In this document: piece by piece, positions 11,975 to 24,444 of the stretch
Layout: every line of letters starts with the position of its first letter
Numbering within the stretch: position 1 is the stretch's first letter
Translations under genes and position numbers: made by a program
The notes under the pieces: model-generated
Database searches by the model: none
What the model was told of the DNA's origin: nothing
What the model saw: the letters and a program-made list of their open reading frames with translations, nothing else
NCBI RefSeq assembly: GCF_032191835.1
Contig: NC_083230.1
Location: forward strand, 93,124,001 to 93,188,000
Length of the DNA stretch: 64,000 nt
Direction: 5' to 3'
Source: Heteronotia binoei
Taxonomy: Eukaryota

Positions 11975-12070
11975 CCTTTATCCGAAGAAGCGTACATGCA
12001 CACAAAAGCTTATATCCAGAATTAAGCTTTGTTGGTATTAAAGGTGGCACTAGACTCAAACTTTGTTCTA
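11975..12070 (+). mobile_element. Penelope-like pseudo-LTR/tail fragment with decayed hammerhead core
   Basis: CCGAAGA-A-GCGTACATGCACAC-AAAAGCTT-ATAT followed by ttgttggtattaaaggtggcactagactc; parallels 59900-59965. Confidence 0.6.
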
Positions 12071-13069
12071 CCTTTATTCTGAAATATGAATGTTGCAGTA
12101 TGACCATTCATAATGAATTTATAGCAAAAGTAGTGAACAAAGGTTGTCAGCTATTTTGACAACCCTCACGTTGCATTACTTATGAGCCTGGCAACATGTG
12201 AAACCCAGCTAGTTTCCATAAAGGCCATTCGGCAGGGGCAGCCTTCTGACAATGGGCCTGCAGTAGATTCCCATCAGCTGGTGACAATAAGGGACAGCAT
12301 GCACAGGGGGAAATCAAAACTACCTCATACCTTCTCTGAACAGTAGTATGCTTTTCAGTAGGATGAACTTATTACTGTTAGAGTGGTTATGAGCTAACTG
12401 ATTTTAACTGTAGCTGCAGCCAAAGGCAACATTCCAAGCATATAAATCTTCATGCACCGCCTTTGTTTCTGAATATAATTTTAAAAGGTGAAATCACATT
12501 TGCCCTAAAATAGACAAGACACAGCAACATCTTCTATTGTATGTGCAATGGCAAAAGTGAAGAGGGAGGACAGAGTTACTCCATAGTGAATTCCTTCACT
12601 TTAGCTAGTTGTGTGTGTTTCCAATGCATTGTTTAGTGTCATGTTGGCAAAAATTATTTAAAGAAGCACTTGGCAAATGTAGCATCATTTCTTGGCATAA
12701 CTGCCCCTCTCACTTTTTCACAGAACCTTAAATACCAAGAAATCCTTGACTTGTTTTATTTCTGGCACATTTAATTGTGTAATCAGCCAAAATCCTTTGC
12801 ACATGATCTTCTCTGTTTGTCCTGATATTATTAATGGCTTTGCAATATTTGAGCAGGGGTAGCAAGAGTCGTTCAGACAAATCACACAGTCAACCAAGAC
12901 CACACAGTCTCTTAATTAAAACCTTTTGCTCCAATTTTCAAGCATATAAAGCAACCTATATAGCTGTTGCACTTCAGATCCCGATTACATAAACTTTTGT
13001 GGGTATAACATACACAATGTGCACTGGGTTACATCTTTAGAACATCTTTAGAATTTCTATGTACATTAC

Positions 13070-13186
13070 TAGGGCTTTTTTTGAGCAGGAATGCACAGGA
13101 ATGCAGTTCCAGCTGGCTTGGTGTCAGGGGGTGTGGCCTAATATTCAAATTAGTTCCTCCTGGGCTTTTTCTACAAAAAAGCCCTG
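13070..13186. mobile_element. hAT-type MITE (CAGGGCTTTTTT-terminal family)
   Basis: Termini tagggctttttt / aaaaaagccctg; 8-bp TSD tacattac/cacattac. Confidence 0.8.
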
Positions 13187-15109
13187 CACATTACTATTTT
13201 CACACTGTATAAGATACAGTATCTCTCTACAAATATATAAAATGTCTATGACAAACAGGTTTTAGAAATGCCATATAGAAATTCAGTATTGTCTGAGGCT
13301 CCTTATTAAATGTACATTCAGAGACAAAGCCAGGTTTCATTAAATGTGTAAAAAGGCCCTGATTCAGTTCCAAAAAATAATATCCTTGGATCTGGAATCT
13401 GTCACTGTGTCAAACAGCAGCATGTTCATTTCATCACTATTTCATTTCATATTCTATCTGAATATTATTGGGGGACGTATGAACAGATGACATAAACAAG
13501 TAGCATATGAGCTTTATCATGACTCCTGATTGCAGTTTTCTGGCTGTTGTTCATATGCACCAAGCCTTGCTCATACATGAATGAACAAGAAATAAAACAC
13601 AAGTCTCAGATTAGTATTTTGTCCCACTCTCTTAAAGAAACACTTGAGTGATGGATGGTTGAGCTTCTCATCTACTACAAAATAGGTTTTATGACCCAAA
13701 CTTAAGCTTGGATGTTTTTCAAGGAAGTTGAGGAGAAGAAGAGTTTCTCTTCCCAGATAATTTCACAAAACTGCCAATGAAGCAATCCTTATTTCAATAA
13801 GTTCCGTAAATAGAGAAAGAGCCTAACAGAGCAATGGAACACCATCTCCTGAGAACATATTTCTGAGAACATCCTCCAATACTAATACATCCTCTCTAGA
13901 TATTCCTTCTGTTGTGGGTTTCCTGCCTTTGCCAAAACACAATTTTCCAGGACCACAGGAGATATACCTATAGAAAGGGGAACCCAGAATATACACTGCT
14001 CTGCAGAAATATGGCTTGTTGACATTTTCAGTAGAATGGTTCACTTTTGAGTTGATAGAATGGATGATACTACTTCTGAATACAGGTGCTAAGTTTCATT
14101 CTCCCTCCTCCCATTAAAAACTAGCACAGGAGGGAAGTGAACTGGACAAAAACCTTACTCCATCCTATAGCAGTTTTTTAGTTTCAGGAAATCATTTATA
14201 TAAGGGAGCAGTAAAAAAAAAAAACAAGCAATCTTCCCTGCCCATCATATCACCTCAGGATTCTATTTCCTCATTCAGCTGTATGTGTAGGCCAGGCCTC
14301 AGACCAGTACCAGTACAATACGCCCCTATATGTGATCCCTGGACAAGGCCTTACTCCTTTGCCTTCCTTTCACTTCCCTGAACGCTGTCCTAGGTTCTGA
14401 TGCTAGAGTTGCCTCACAATTGCAAGTCTATGAGTGAGGCCTCCACAGTGGAACTCCACAGCAGCACCTCTGAGGGCTTTCGTCAAGAACAGAAGAGTAC
14501 AGATTATGGGCCTTCCTGTCCCCACTAGGTCACTATCCAAGCTTGCTCTTCTCCACTACTTTCACCTACACTGGGAGAAAGAAAGTGTGGAGAAAAGGAC
14601 TAAGGATCAATTCTGCAGAAGAGTATAATGTCAAGCAGCTGCTTCTCTTTTGTGAAGTGTTATATGGAAAAGAAATGACCCATTCATATTCTGTAAACTT
14701 CCTTCATCTCATTCTATGGCAAATAAAGTGACAGATACAAACTTGCAACAAAGGTTTGCAGCTTGTGTACAGTGTGCTACTACCTTTTATTTTGTTTATA
14801 TTGTTATATATCTGCTTATTTGTACATAAAGTAGGGAAATAGAAGAATAAGAAGAAAACATCCCCTCCTATACTTTACCCTGATATACTTCACTCCTTTA
14901 CTGGAAGCAGCACTCTTCCACATAATGGGATATTGAAACTGCATAGCTGGTCACACATTCAGAATAAACTTTTAAGACTAATTCTGAGTAAATATTAATA
15001 GGATATGGTTGTCATTTAAAATATGTTTTAATTTTTCCCTTTTTTTGTTTGCTATTATTTTCCTTCCAAGATATAAAGTTTGATTGTAAGATAAACATTT
15101 GTTCCACTC

Positions 15110-15960
15110 ATAATGGCTGTTCTTTTGTTGTTATTAAGTAGATTTCTTTTCCTACAAAATGCCCTTTGACAGCATTGCCAGAGATAGATTATGGGCTAAA
15201 CTAGAGGCTTCATCAATTGATCATAGACTACTCAACCTTATTTGTATGCTGCACAAAGATAATTTCCTGGCAGTAAGAAGCAATTTTCATGTCTGATTCT
15301 TGTTTAAAAGGGAGTGAAACTCTGTATTCCCCCATTTAATTTCGATATTAATTCAATGGTCCCAGCACTTAACAAAACAGAATTCCATCTGGCAAACAGA
15401 CCCTTACCTGACTAAGTATATGCAAATAATATGGCCATTTTGTTCTACTCAGAATAGCCTGCTGGGCTCTTAAAGTATACTGCAAGGAGGAACAATTAAT
15501 AAATTTTCAAAAGACTAAAATCCTAGTTTTCTCTAGGAGACATATTAAACACAAATGGCAAATTGATGGGCATGAGATAGAACAGGTGAAGATTTTTAAA
15601 TATCTTGGTGTAGTGTTTCAATTCACAGGCTTGTGAAAAGCCCAGTTGACTCAGACCACTGAGAGTGCCCAAAGAATGGCATCAGACACCCTGCGATTTC
15701 TCTTTCGAAGGGGGGCTCACACATGTGCGACTTCTAGGGGACATCCATCCCCTAAAAGTCATACAGTCCAGATTCCAAAGGAATACATTTGGTGTCTCTC
15801 ACTGTAGATGGAACACAATCCTTAGTATAGGGGCAAGTATCACCAGAGGCACACAGCTGGTATCTGGCAGTATGCTTTTGGTTTAAATTAAACTTTAATC
15901 CATTTGGATCAGCCCTCTTAATCCTTCTAGATCAGCCCCCTTAATCCTGCTACTTGGGTT
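15110..15960 (+). mobile_element. Degraded non-LTR retrotransposon RT fragment (clade uncertain)
   Basis: Translates as FDSIARDRLWAKLEASSIDHRLL, a degenerate YADD (YANNMAIL), KTKILVFSR and EQVKIFKYLGVVF. Confidence 0.7.
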
Positions 15961-16212
15961 GGGTGGCTACTGTTGAAAATAGACTACTACTGTACAGCTT
16001 TTCTTCTTCTGCCACCTTGGGCTCTCAGGAGCCAAAGAAACAATAAAACAATGAATCTGGGATGCATCCTTTCAAACTAATAGAGGTTGGGCATGCCTCT
16101 ATCCAGCAGTGAGGAACTACACTTGAAACTAAGTGCCAGCAAGTTACACCCCTAGAACATGGGTGTCAAACTCATTTGTTATGAAGGCCAGATCTGACAC
16201 AAATGGGACTTT

Positions 16213-16358
16213 GTGGGGTTTTTTGTAGAAAAAGCCCAGCAGGAATTCATTTGCATATTAGGCCACACACCCTGATAGCTAGCCAGCCAGAACTCCATTC
16301 CTGTGTATTCCTGCTAAAAAAGAAATGAAAACCACAAAAACAAACCAAAAAAGCCCTG
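16213..16358. mobile_element. hAT-type MITE (CAGGGCTTTTTT family)
   Basis: ttttttgtagaaaaagcccagcaggaattcatttgcatattaggccacac...aaaaaagccctg. Confidence 0.75.
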
Positions 16359-16899
16359 TATCTAAGTTCCTAGGCAGATGGGACATATTTTACATACCCC
16401 TCCTTGCAGACCATTCAAATCAGACCTCTATCAAAGTGGCTAAGTTTTGTGCTAAGGTTTTATCCATAAGGACACTGATAAATCAATCTGTTAATACCTA
16501 GCAAGTATAAGAAGGTTTTACAAATTTTAACATTTTAATGTTCACACTTACATGCAGTATGCACTAGCCACAGACTCTGTTGTTATAATGTTGTTTGACC
16601 TTTGGATTGTGAATAAAGTTTATATTATTATCTTTTCCTTTATTTTGGCACCTTTATAATCATAAATGAACATTTTGTCTTGATTCTCCACTTTCCCTCA
16701 TGAAAGACATTCTGGGAGAGTTTTCTACTTTGCATTAAAGTCAGTTTTGCAGAATTTGTTGTAATTGGTTTGATAGCGAGGGGGAATATAAACATTGCTA
16801 TGTTATCCAACCATAAAGTTCTTCTGATGGAAAGGCATTTTTGCTCATGGAAGAGGGGCTAGTGATTTCCATTGATTCCCCCTTCCCAGTTTAGACCCA

Positions 16900-16901
16900 T
16901 T

Positions 16902-16985
<84 letters not shown>

Positions 16986-16988
16986 TTT
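16900..16988. repeat. (TTTC)n microsatellite, probably an expanded tail of the adjacent L2 3' end (16989-17160)
   Basis: About 20 TTTC units directly abutting an L2-type 3' terminus. Confidence 0.9.
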
Positions 16989-19139
16989 CTATTCTGCCCT
17001 ATCCTGCAAGTGGGCTCAGGGCAGATCACAGCAAGTCTAAACAAATAATAGTGAACAATAAAATTAACAATAAATTTAAACAGTTACAGCAATAAAAACA
17101 ATAAAACAATTACAATTACTTGAGTACAAGGCAGAAGACAACTAATCTGGCCATAATCCAAATAGGGCTGGAACTGATGATATCTCAGTAGGCCCAATAA
17201 AATGTGGGATACTGCAGTATACTTTAGGAAGGTGAGATACTTTGGCCCCTGTGCTGCTCTTAAGAGTCCATGGATCTTCAGAAACGAAAATTTCTAGAGA
17301 TTGAGAAAGTGTGAGAAGCAGGTAGTCTCATTCAATGAAGTCTATGGATACCACAGTACTATTTTCTTTCATTCTTATTGTGGTCTCTGGGGACTTTAGT
17401 TTACAAACTGAAAATTTCTTTGATGATCACATTTAAACCATATTTCTTCTACATCATTAAAATGAGTAGCTGTCTGTCATACTTGAATTTCTAGATAGCG
17501 AAAATAAATATATTATTCTGGATTTACTAAACTATTTTAATCTCCTCAGTACTCTTCTATTTTACATCACTATTTGTTTACATTGCCTCTGGGACAACAT
17601 AAACTGAAACTGTTACAGAAATGTTGGATTTGCACCACCACCCCAGTTCTTTCTGTATCTTCACTAACTTCTTCCCACTTAAAGAAAAATACAAGTGTCC
17701 AGTCTGCTCTTATGGTACATGTTCCTGCCATTTACATCTGTGAACAACTTTAGTTATGTGTTGCTAACTGCTTCTGAATCACTTCCATCTAATTTACGCT
17801 GTTTATTTGGTTTTTCCTTCTGCTTTCCTTTGTATACTGTGTAAACTTTCTACATGGTAGATATCATTTGGTTGAGTAGTGTACATCACATTATTTTAGC
17901 TATCTTTCCTCTGTTTTCCCAGTCTTGTTTATGGTGTTCTTTGCTCTTCATTTTTATGAATAACTGTTTTGTTTTTATTATTGTTTTTCATTTGCTCCTA
18001 ACATTTCTTTGTTCAAGACCTCTCCTATTAATTAACAGTTTGAAGATCTCTCTCTCACACACACACACATGTATACAGTGCTATGTATATAGTTTTCCCA
18101 TCTATTTAGCTATATGCCACTGAACAACCTCTATTACATTTTTGGTTCACAGAATTGTTCATGGTTTGCACTGCTGTTGTTTTTGAATCACATGAAGGTC
18201 ATTCCTTTCTCCACATTTATGTTCACATAATTTATTTTTGTGCTAATCCTTACTGCTACTTTCCTAATTCGTATGTTGTACTGGTTTTTTCATTACTGTA
18301 AGAAACTTTTCTCACTCTTGAATTCTGGTTTCTGTTGTTGCCTATACAACAGATCTGAAAATGGAGTTGGACTCTTTGGCACTTCACTGGTATCTTAATC
18401 TCTGTCCAGACGTTCTGCCCTCACTTTTCCTTGTCTGGATGTCCTCCTATTTTTATCATTCAGTGTCATTTTTTTAATGTGCAGGGGCAGTCTCAGAAAG
18501 ACGTACACTAATACCTGTTTCTGAGTGAATTTTTTAATGTTGTCTTCCTCCCAAGACAAGAGGTCTTTCATATACTAAGACTCAAGCACAGAGAAGCTGG
18601 GTGCATTCACATTACACTAAATAATGTGTTTTGCAACTGAATTTTTACTGTATAAGAATAGCAAAAATACATTATTGCAAAATACATTATTTAGGGTTCT
18701 GTGAACACACCTGCTGTGTGCCACTCTGCTTCTGATGACTGAGTTGCAGTTATCTATAATATTCCCTTCTTTGGCATATATTTTAATCAGCAAATATTCA
18801 CAAAATATTAGGCAGCAATATCCTGACTTCTATGAGCTTTGCTCCAGTGATGAGAAAGCCAATTACCAGGATTTCCTCTTGCCATCCCTATTCTACTTTC
18901 CTTCAGCATGTCACAGCAGAGCAAAAAGTTGATTTCCCCATCACACTAGATTCCTGAGGGCTATTGGCGCATTGTTTTCAATTATTGTCCCTCCTTTCTA
19001 CCAGTTTGGATTAGAAAGGGTCTTGTTTTTATTTTATTTTATTAGTAAAAGATTTTTCTACATAGCTAGGGGTATTTTCTCAATCTGCAGTAAACTACTA
19101 AGTAATAAGCTATCTCATGTAGGTATAAAAATATGCAGA

Positions 19140-19420
19140 CCATGGAGTTATGGGAAATCTAATTGAGCATCCTGTCTCTCAAGGAGGCCAGCCATATGCA
19201 CCAAATGTCCCACAAACAGATGTATAGAAGGCAAAGTTTTCTCTACAGATGCAGTTGTTCAGAGGCATAACATCTGTGAATATGAAGGTTCCATCTATGC
19301 CCCTCATGGATATTAGCCACTGTTGGACCTACACTCCAGGAATTCATCATCCCCTTTTAAAGCCACCTGCATTAATCTCTGGGTATTCATTTGACAGTTG
19401 AGTTTATGCATAATCTGTAC
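19140..19420 (-). mobile_element. Ancient CR1 3' fragment (similar fragment at about 44850-45150)
   Basis: Degenerate similarity to the antisense of CR1 3' ends (catcctgtctc...ggccagcca...ccttttaaagcca). Confidence 0.4.
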
Positions 19421-21268
19421 CTTACAAAAGAAAATCCACAATTAACAGACAAAACAGGATATTGAGAGAGCTTCCAGAGGGATTTTGTGTGAGCAGTGAT
19501 GCTGTATAAATCTTGTAGTTTCCCCTGTCAAACATGAAAATACACCAGCAAAGTGTGAAGACTGACCAGGAGTTCAAGTGGCTTGCCTTATTTGAATTCA
19601 CTTGAAACACCACTGCAAATTTAAGGGTTTTATTCTGCAGAGCTGGATATTTGAAATACTGTGTATGTATGTAGGAAAGGTACCTTGTGAATGAAGTGAA
19701 CAGGCTGAATGGTGTATAAAAGGTGGATGAGAATTAAAGGAATCCCTCATGTTTACTATAGCTGTGTTGGCAGTATAAAGTTTAGAGCTTTGGCTGTTGA
19801 AGAACTGTGAGAACAGTCTAAGAAAGGAGCTCTCCAGTCCAACCATAGAAGCGGCCTGAAGCAATCTCATATTAATATAATTTAGGTGATTTTTAAAATG
19901 TTCATCACTTTTTTTTATTTGTGTAACACAGTAAAGTCCTGCGAGGACCTCTCCTGTAGTCCCCAGACCAGGAACTCTGTTCCATTTTTCCCTCAGGCTC
20001 TTAGAGCCACAGTTTTCCCTTTGTCTGGTTCCACAGCTGCAACTAATTTTGTAGAACGTAATTCCCTTTACTCTGATTTAAGAGACATGTGTATTCTCCT
20101 GTGTGTAGTCCTTTCATTACATTTTTTTTCCTGAACTGGTTTTAGCCTTTGTCTTGAGGGCATCTCTACACAGACAGACACATAATGCCAAAAAGATTTA
20201 CTGTTGATCCATTATCTTGGTGTTTGTTCTTTTTGTGCAAATGTGTCCCGTTTCTTTTACTTTTACAAAAAGCTTGATTATGAGGAGGCCGTGTGCACTG
20301 TTTCACCAGTCCCTGAAGGTTAATGGATGGCTAATTTTTACATCTATTGCATTTCAATTTAGCACATTCAAAACTATTACGATCTCAAGAGCCCTTTAAA
20401 CTGAGTTATAATATCTCACTTCTGCATCCCTTAAATTGTTGAATTATGATTCAACATGCAATCCATGGAAGAGCTTGATTCCCCCCCCCCTTACATATTT
20501 TGTGTTTTGCTTCTTTCCATTAGTTTCCAGCTCTCCTCCAGACATATTTAGTTTGGCAAAAGGAATAACAGTGACTCATGGAAACGATTTGAGAATGAGC
20601 TACTGGAAATGTATCTGATTTCTCTTGGTGTAATTTGGGAGCAGGCAATGGGTAAGTGGTAGTAGATTCTCAAAGCAATAAGTAGATTTTCTAGATCAAT
20701 ACTATTTGGGTTGAGGAGTACAATTATCCTCTTTCCAAAATCTAGGCCTATGTTATGTTTTCTATAAGCTTTATATGTACCTATCCGAAATTTGTAACAT
20801 TTCAACTCAAGCATTCATATGGCTGAATTTTATTCAGATCTGTATTTGGCTCCATGACCATAGTCCTACTAAAATGAATCCCTCTTCAAAGGTTTTGGAA
20901 TTCCATACCAAAGTCTATTTCTGCATATCCTAATGGCAAATTGTTTTTGCATTAATTTCAGAGTTCAGTTAGACTTGTATCTCTATTTTAATTGTTGTTG
21001 ATTATTTCATCACCATTATATTTGCTCTGTGAGACGGATTCCCAATACACTGAACAATAAACAAAAACACCATTGGGATACCTCTGGGCTCACTGCAACA
21101 GTACTGTTGGGATACCTGAGTTAGTCTTTACAATAATAACTTATACTGACTATTGGAAAATGGAATTGCCCTTAATCTGTAACTGCTATTCCTTGAGTGG
21201 TCTTCTGTACAGAGACACATGGGACTGGGCAGTTGCAGGCCAGCCACAAAAGAGCTAACAAGCTTTCT

Positions 21269-22901
21269 CAATTAAATATTTTTTTATTTAAAAAAACCTT
21301 AAAACATCAGCACTTGTTAGTCTTTTTTTTATAACTAGTAATTTTTATTATTTTAAATAACTCCATACAGCTTAGTCAAAATCTTTGGTATACAAGTAAG
21401 CAAGGCATTATCATTATACATCAAATATAAATTAAATAATATAAATAATACATAAAGGAATTCTTTACAATCACTTACACACCTGTAATTCGTTACGTGG
21501 ACAGTTTACATAACAGGTAAAGACTCAAACTAAATCATAAACATAGATAGTTAATATATGATGAAATCCAGATACTTTTTTGGAGTAGGTAGGCTTAATA
21601 AGGATTTCTCATTAATATAAGAGAGAAAGAAAAACCATTTCTCAACAAAATTATCAGCTGGTCTTGGATTTTCGTATCTTAATATGCTTGTAGACAATTT
21701 ATCTTGGATCATCAAGTCCCATATTTTATTGTACCATTGGCGAATAGTTGGACATTTATCTGATTTCCAACATTGAGCTATATTGATTTTGGCTGTTAAT
21801 AATAAAATTGAAAGAAGATCCATTTTTGTTTTAGAGCTTGGTTTGGTATGCCAAATATTTAGGAGGACAGACTCTGGCAAGAAAGGAATGTCGAAATCAA
21901 TTATTTCCCCTGCAATTTTTATCACTGATTTCCAAAAAGCCTGCACTTGTGGACACTCCCACCAACAGTGCATCAATGGGCCCATTCCCCCACACTTTTT
22001 CCAACACCCTGGAGTTGAGATCAGATTGCCACGAAACAACCTCACTGGCGTCATGTACCACCGGGACCACAATTTAAAATTTTGTATTTTAATGTACGTA
22101 GATCTAGATTTAAATAGAGAGCTTTTCCAAAGGGTTTTCCATTGCTCTTCTGAAAAATTTTTCTGGCAGTCTTTATGCCACTGATTCTGCTGTGAGGCAA
22201 CCCGGCCCCACTCCCTTCCGTTCAGCACTCGGTAAATGCAAGAGATTGCCCCTCTAACCGAGGAGGAACCAGCCTTTAATCGAGACTCAAAAGAATTTGG
22301 TGTTCTATTTGCACAGGTAAACGGGATTACTTTGTGCAAAGCATTAAATAATTGATAATATTGCATCCACGGTATTGGCATTTTAAATTTTGTCTCCAAT
22401 TGTATTTTTGTACTTATTTTGCCATTAGTTGTAATGTCAATCAGCCTAAAAATGTTTTTATCTCCCCAAATTTTGAATTCAGTTATTGCTTCGCCAGGTG
22501 GAAACCAGGGCTGTCCAAGAAAGGACATGAACGGTGATGTTGCTGGAGTTAGAGTTTCTCTATATTGATCCCAAATTTTCAATGTGTGCTCCAAAAATGG
22601 GTTGTCCAATATTAGTCTTGGTCTGTCAAACCTTCCAAGCCAAATTCCCTCATGTAAGAGGATATTTCCCAAAGCTGCCTTCTCAATACTAAGCCAAGGG
22701 GTGTCACACTCAGTTAGCATATATATAAGGATATGTCTCAGTTGGGATGCTAAATAATATTTTTCCAGGAGCGGAACTCCCAGACCACCAAGTTCTATCG
22801 GCCTAGAGATTAGAGATATTGAAACTCTATGTTGTTTGGAGTTCCATAAAAAGTCTAAAAATTTTTTTTGCCATTTCTTAAACTCCAATTTGCTTATTGA
22901 A
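21269..22901 (-). mobile_element. Young 5'-truncated L1 LINE
   Basis: Exact 16-bp TSD agctaacaagctttct at 21253-21268 and 22902-22917; A-tract at 21323-21330 (minus strand); the nick context TTTCT/AA fits L1 endonuclease preference. Confidence 0.9.
21551..22888 (-). CDS. L1 ORF2p C-terminal portion (post-RT region and zf-RVT/Cys-His motif), open for 445 aa to the natural stop; 5'-truncated, so not an autonomous gene
   Basis: LGGLGVPLLEKYYLASQL and CWKKCGGMGPLMHCWWECPQVQAFW motifs; no internal stops. Confidence 0.85.
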   Translation of the reverse strand: MEFKKWQKKFLDFLWNSKQHRVSISLISRPIELGGLGVPLLEKYYLASQLRHILIYMLTECDTPWLSIEKAALGNILLHEGIWLGRFDRPRLILDNPFLEHTLKIWDQYRETLTPATSPFMSFLGQPWFPPGEAITEFKIWGDKNIFRLIDITTNGKISTKIQLETKFKMPIPWMQYYQLFNALHKVIPFTCANRTPNSFESRLKAGSSSVRGAISCIYRVLNGREWGRVASQQNQWHKDCQKNFSEEQWKTLWKSSLFKSRSTYIKIQNFKLWSRWYMTPVRLFRGNLISTPGCWKKCGGMGPLMHCWWECPQVQAFWKSVIKIAGEIIDFDIPFLPESVLLNIWHTKPSSKTKMDLLSILLLTAKINIAQCWKSDKCPTIRQWYNKIWDLMIQDKLSTSILRYENPRPADNFVEKWFFFLSYINEKSLLSLPTPKKYLDFIIY

Positions 22902-22939
22902 AGCTAACAAGCTTTCTAAAAGACCTTTTTAGGTCCTAT

Positions 22940-24015
22940 GAGTGCTCCTCCCTGCCCCCATCTTCAGTGTATCCCTTTTCCCACCCAAAGGGTCACTTGA
23001 CAGGGGACAGCAAGCACTCTTCCCTCAGTTCTCCCTTCACCTCCATGAAAACTAAAATTGACTTGAAATGATAAGCAGCCCACACAGGGAAAGAAGGGAG
23101 GATGTGTGCCTGCGCAGAAGGCCACTTGATGAACAATGGTTATACATAAGGGCAACCCTGTTTTCATCATTGTGGCTTCTGTGCAGTCCCACGCGGGAGA
23201 CTAGCAAGTTCACTCACCAAGGAGGTGGGTATGGGCTGTTTAGTAGAAGATATAATGAAGAACCACTTTCCCAACAGATGCCTCTCTTGGGGCGTTCACA
23301 TTCATGGAGTAGTGCTGAACGCAGGTGGACAGCATTGACCCAGGTAGATGCTTTACATATGTCATTTGATGGTAGACAGTTCATGAAGGCTACTTGAGGA
23401 GACTTGTGCTGTGGTGGAATGTGCTCTGATATCAATGAGACATAACAAGCCAGCTGCACTATATGCTGTTTTGATAGTGTCCACCATCCACCTAGGTGAT
23501 GTTTCCTTCCGTTTATTAACTCCTCTGAAACATATAAACAGGTGTCTTCCTTTCTAAACTGTTCTGTACGTTTTAAATAAAAGTGCTCATCAGACATCTA
23601 GTGTGTGCAGAATTTGTTCAACAGCAGAAATAGGGGAAGGAAAGAAAACTGGTAGAACTATATCTTGGTTGATATGAAATCAGGAAACCACCTTGGGTAA
23701 GAAGTCCTGGCTAGGCCTCAGAACTACCTTGTCCTCATGAAATTTGGTGAAGGATGGGTCACATCTCAGAGCACTTAGCTCTTCTACCCTATGTGTGGAA
23801 GTGATTGCATACAAAGGTAGACTTACAGAAAAGATATGACAATTCAGTCATGGCCATAGGCTCAAATGGTTTATGTTAACTTGAATAAAACTACAGATAA
23901 ACTCCATTGAGGGAGACGGCAGACTGAGGAAGGGTATAAATTATATAAACCCTTGAGGAATTTCTGAGATTTTCAGGAAGAAAAATCCCGAAGGGTCACA
24001 GATTTTCTCTCCTTA
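22940..24015 (-). mobile_element. DIRS1-type tyrosine-recombinase retrotransposon remnant (YR plus 3' terminal region)
   Basis: Minus-strand translation AITSTHRVEELSALRCDPSFTKFHEDKVVLRPSQDFLPKVVS*FHINQDIVLPVFFP...TIKTAYSAAG...IRAHST...DICKASTW carries the YR catalytic R and H regions; followed by a DIRS-like terminus GGGACTGCACAGAAGCCAC. Confidence 0.85.
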
Positions 24016-24320
24016 GCTGTCCAGTTTGGTATAGTGGTAAAGTGTGTAGATTCTTATCTGGGAGAACTGGGTTTGATTCCCCACTTCTTTATATGCAACT
24101 GCTAAAGTGACCTTGGGTCAGTCACAAGTTCTTTCAGCTGTTCTTTCAAGAGAAGTTCTCAAAAGAGCTCTCTCAGACCCACCTACCTCACAGGGTACCT
24201 GTTGTGAGGAGGGGAAGGGAAAGGGGATTGTAAGCTACTCTGAGACTCCTTCGGGTACTGAGGGATGGGGTATAAATCCAATTTTGTCCTCTTCCTCCTT
24301 CCTCTTCTTCTTCCTCCTCT
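24016..24320 (+). mobile_element. Squam3-like SINE
   Basis: tRNA-like head ccagtttggtatagtgg, CORE-like body and (TCT/TCC)n tail. Confidence 0.85.
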
Positions 24321-24444
24321 TCTCTTTAGCTCTTTCACTGTCACACTTGACTGCTATTTAGTGTTAAAGGAATATTTTTTTAAAAGCTTATATTTAATAT
24401 GAAGAATTAATATTAAATTGGTGGGAACATGTGAGGCCTAGGCT

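Noticed and set aside
13825-14939. Possible terminal exon pair (about 14880-14939 and 13825-13965, minus strand)
   Set aside because: Several alternative donors and frames are equally plausible, there is no homology recall, and it depended on the rejected 15408 exon.
15408-15479. Textbook-looking minus-strand 72-nt exon (YTLRAQQAILSRTKWPYYLHILSQ) with strong splice sites
   Set aside because: It lies antisense to the degenerate YADD region of the plus-strand LINE RT fragment at 15110-15960, so it is a pseudo-exon unless RNA shows exonisation.
16859-17044. RKKE-repeat ORF
   Set aside because: It is a translation of the (TTTC)n microsatellite.
17200-21100. Long T-rich stretch as a further degraded L1 or LTR element
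   Set aside because: Composition is suggestive, but I could not recover diagnostic motifs, so it is left unannotated.
23214-23597. 127-aa ORF as a host gene exon
   Set aside because: It is a frameshifted or alternative-frame reading of the DIRS tyrosine recombinase.
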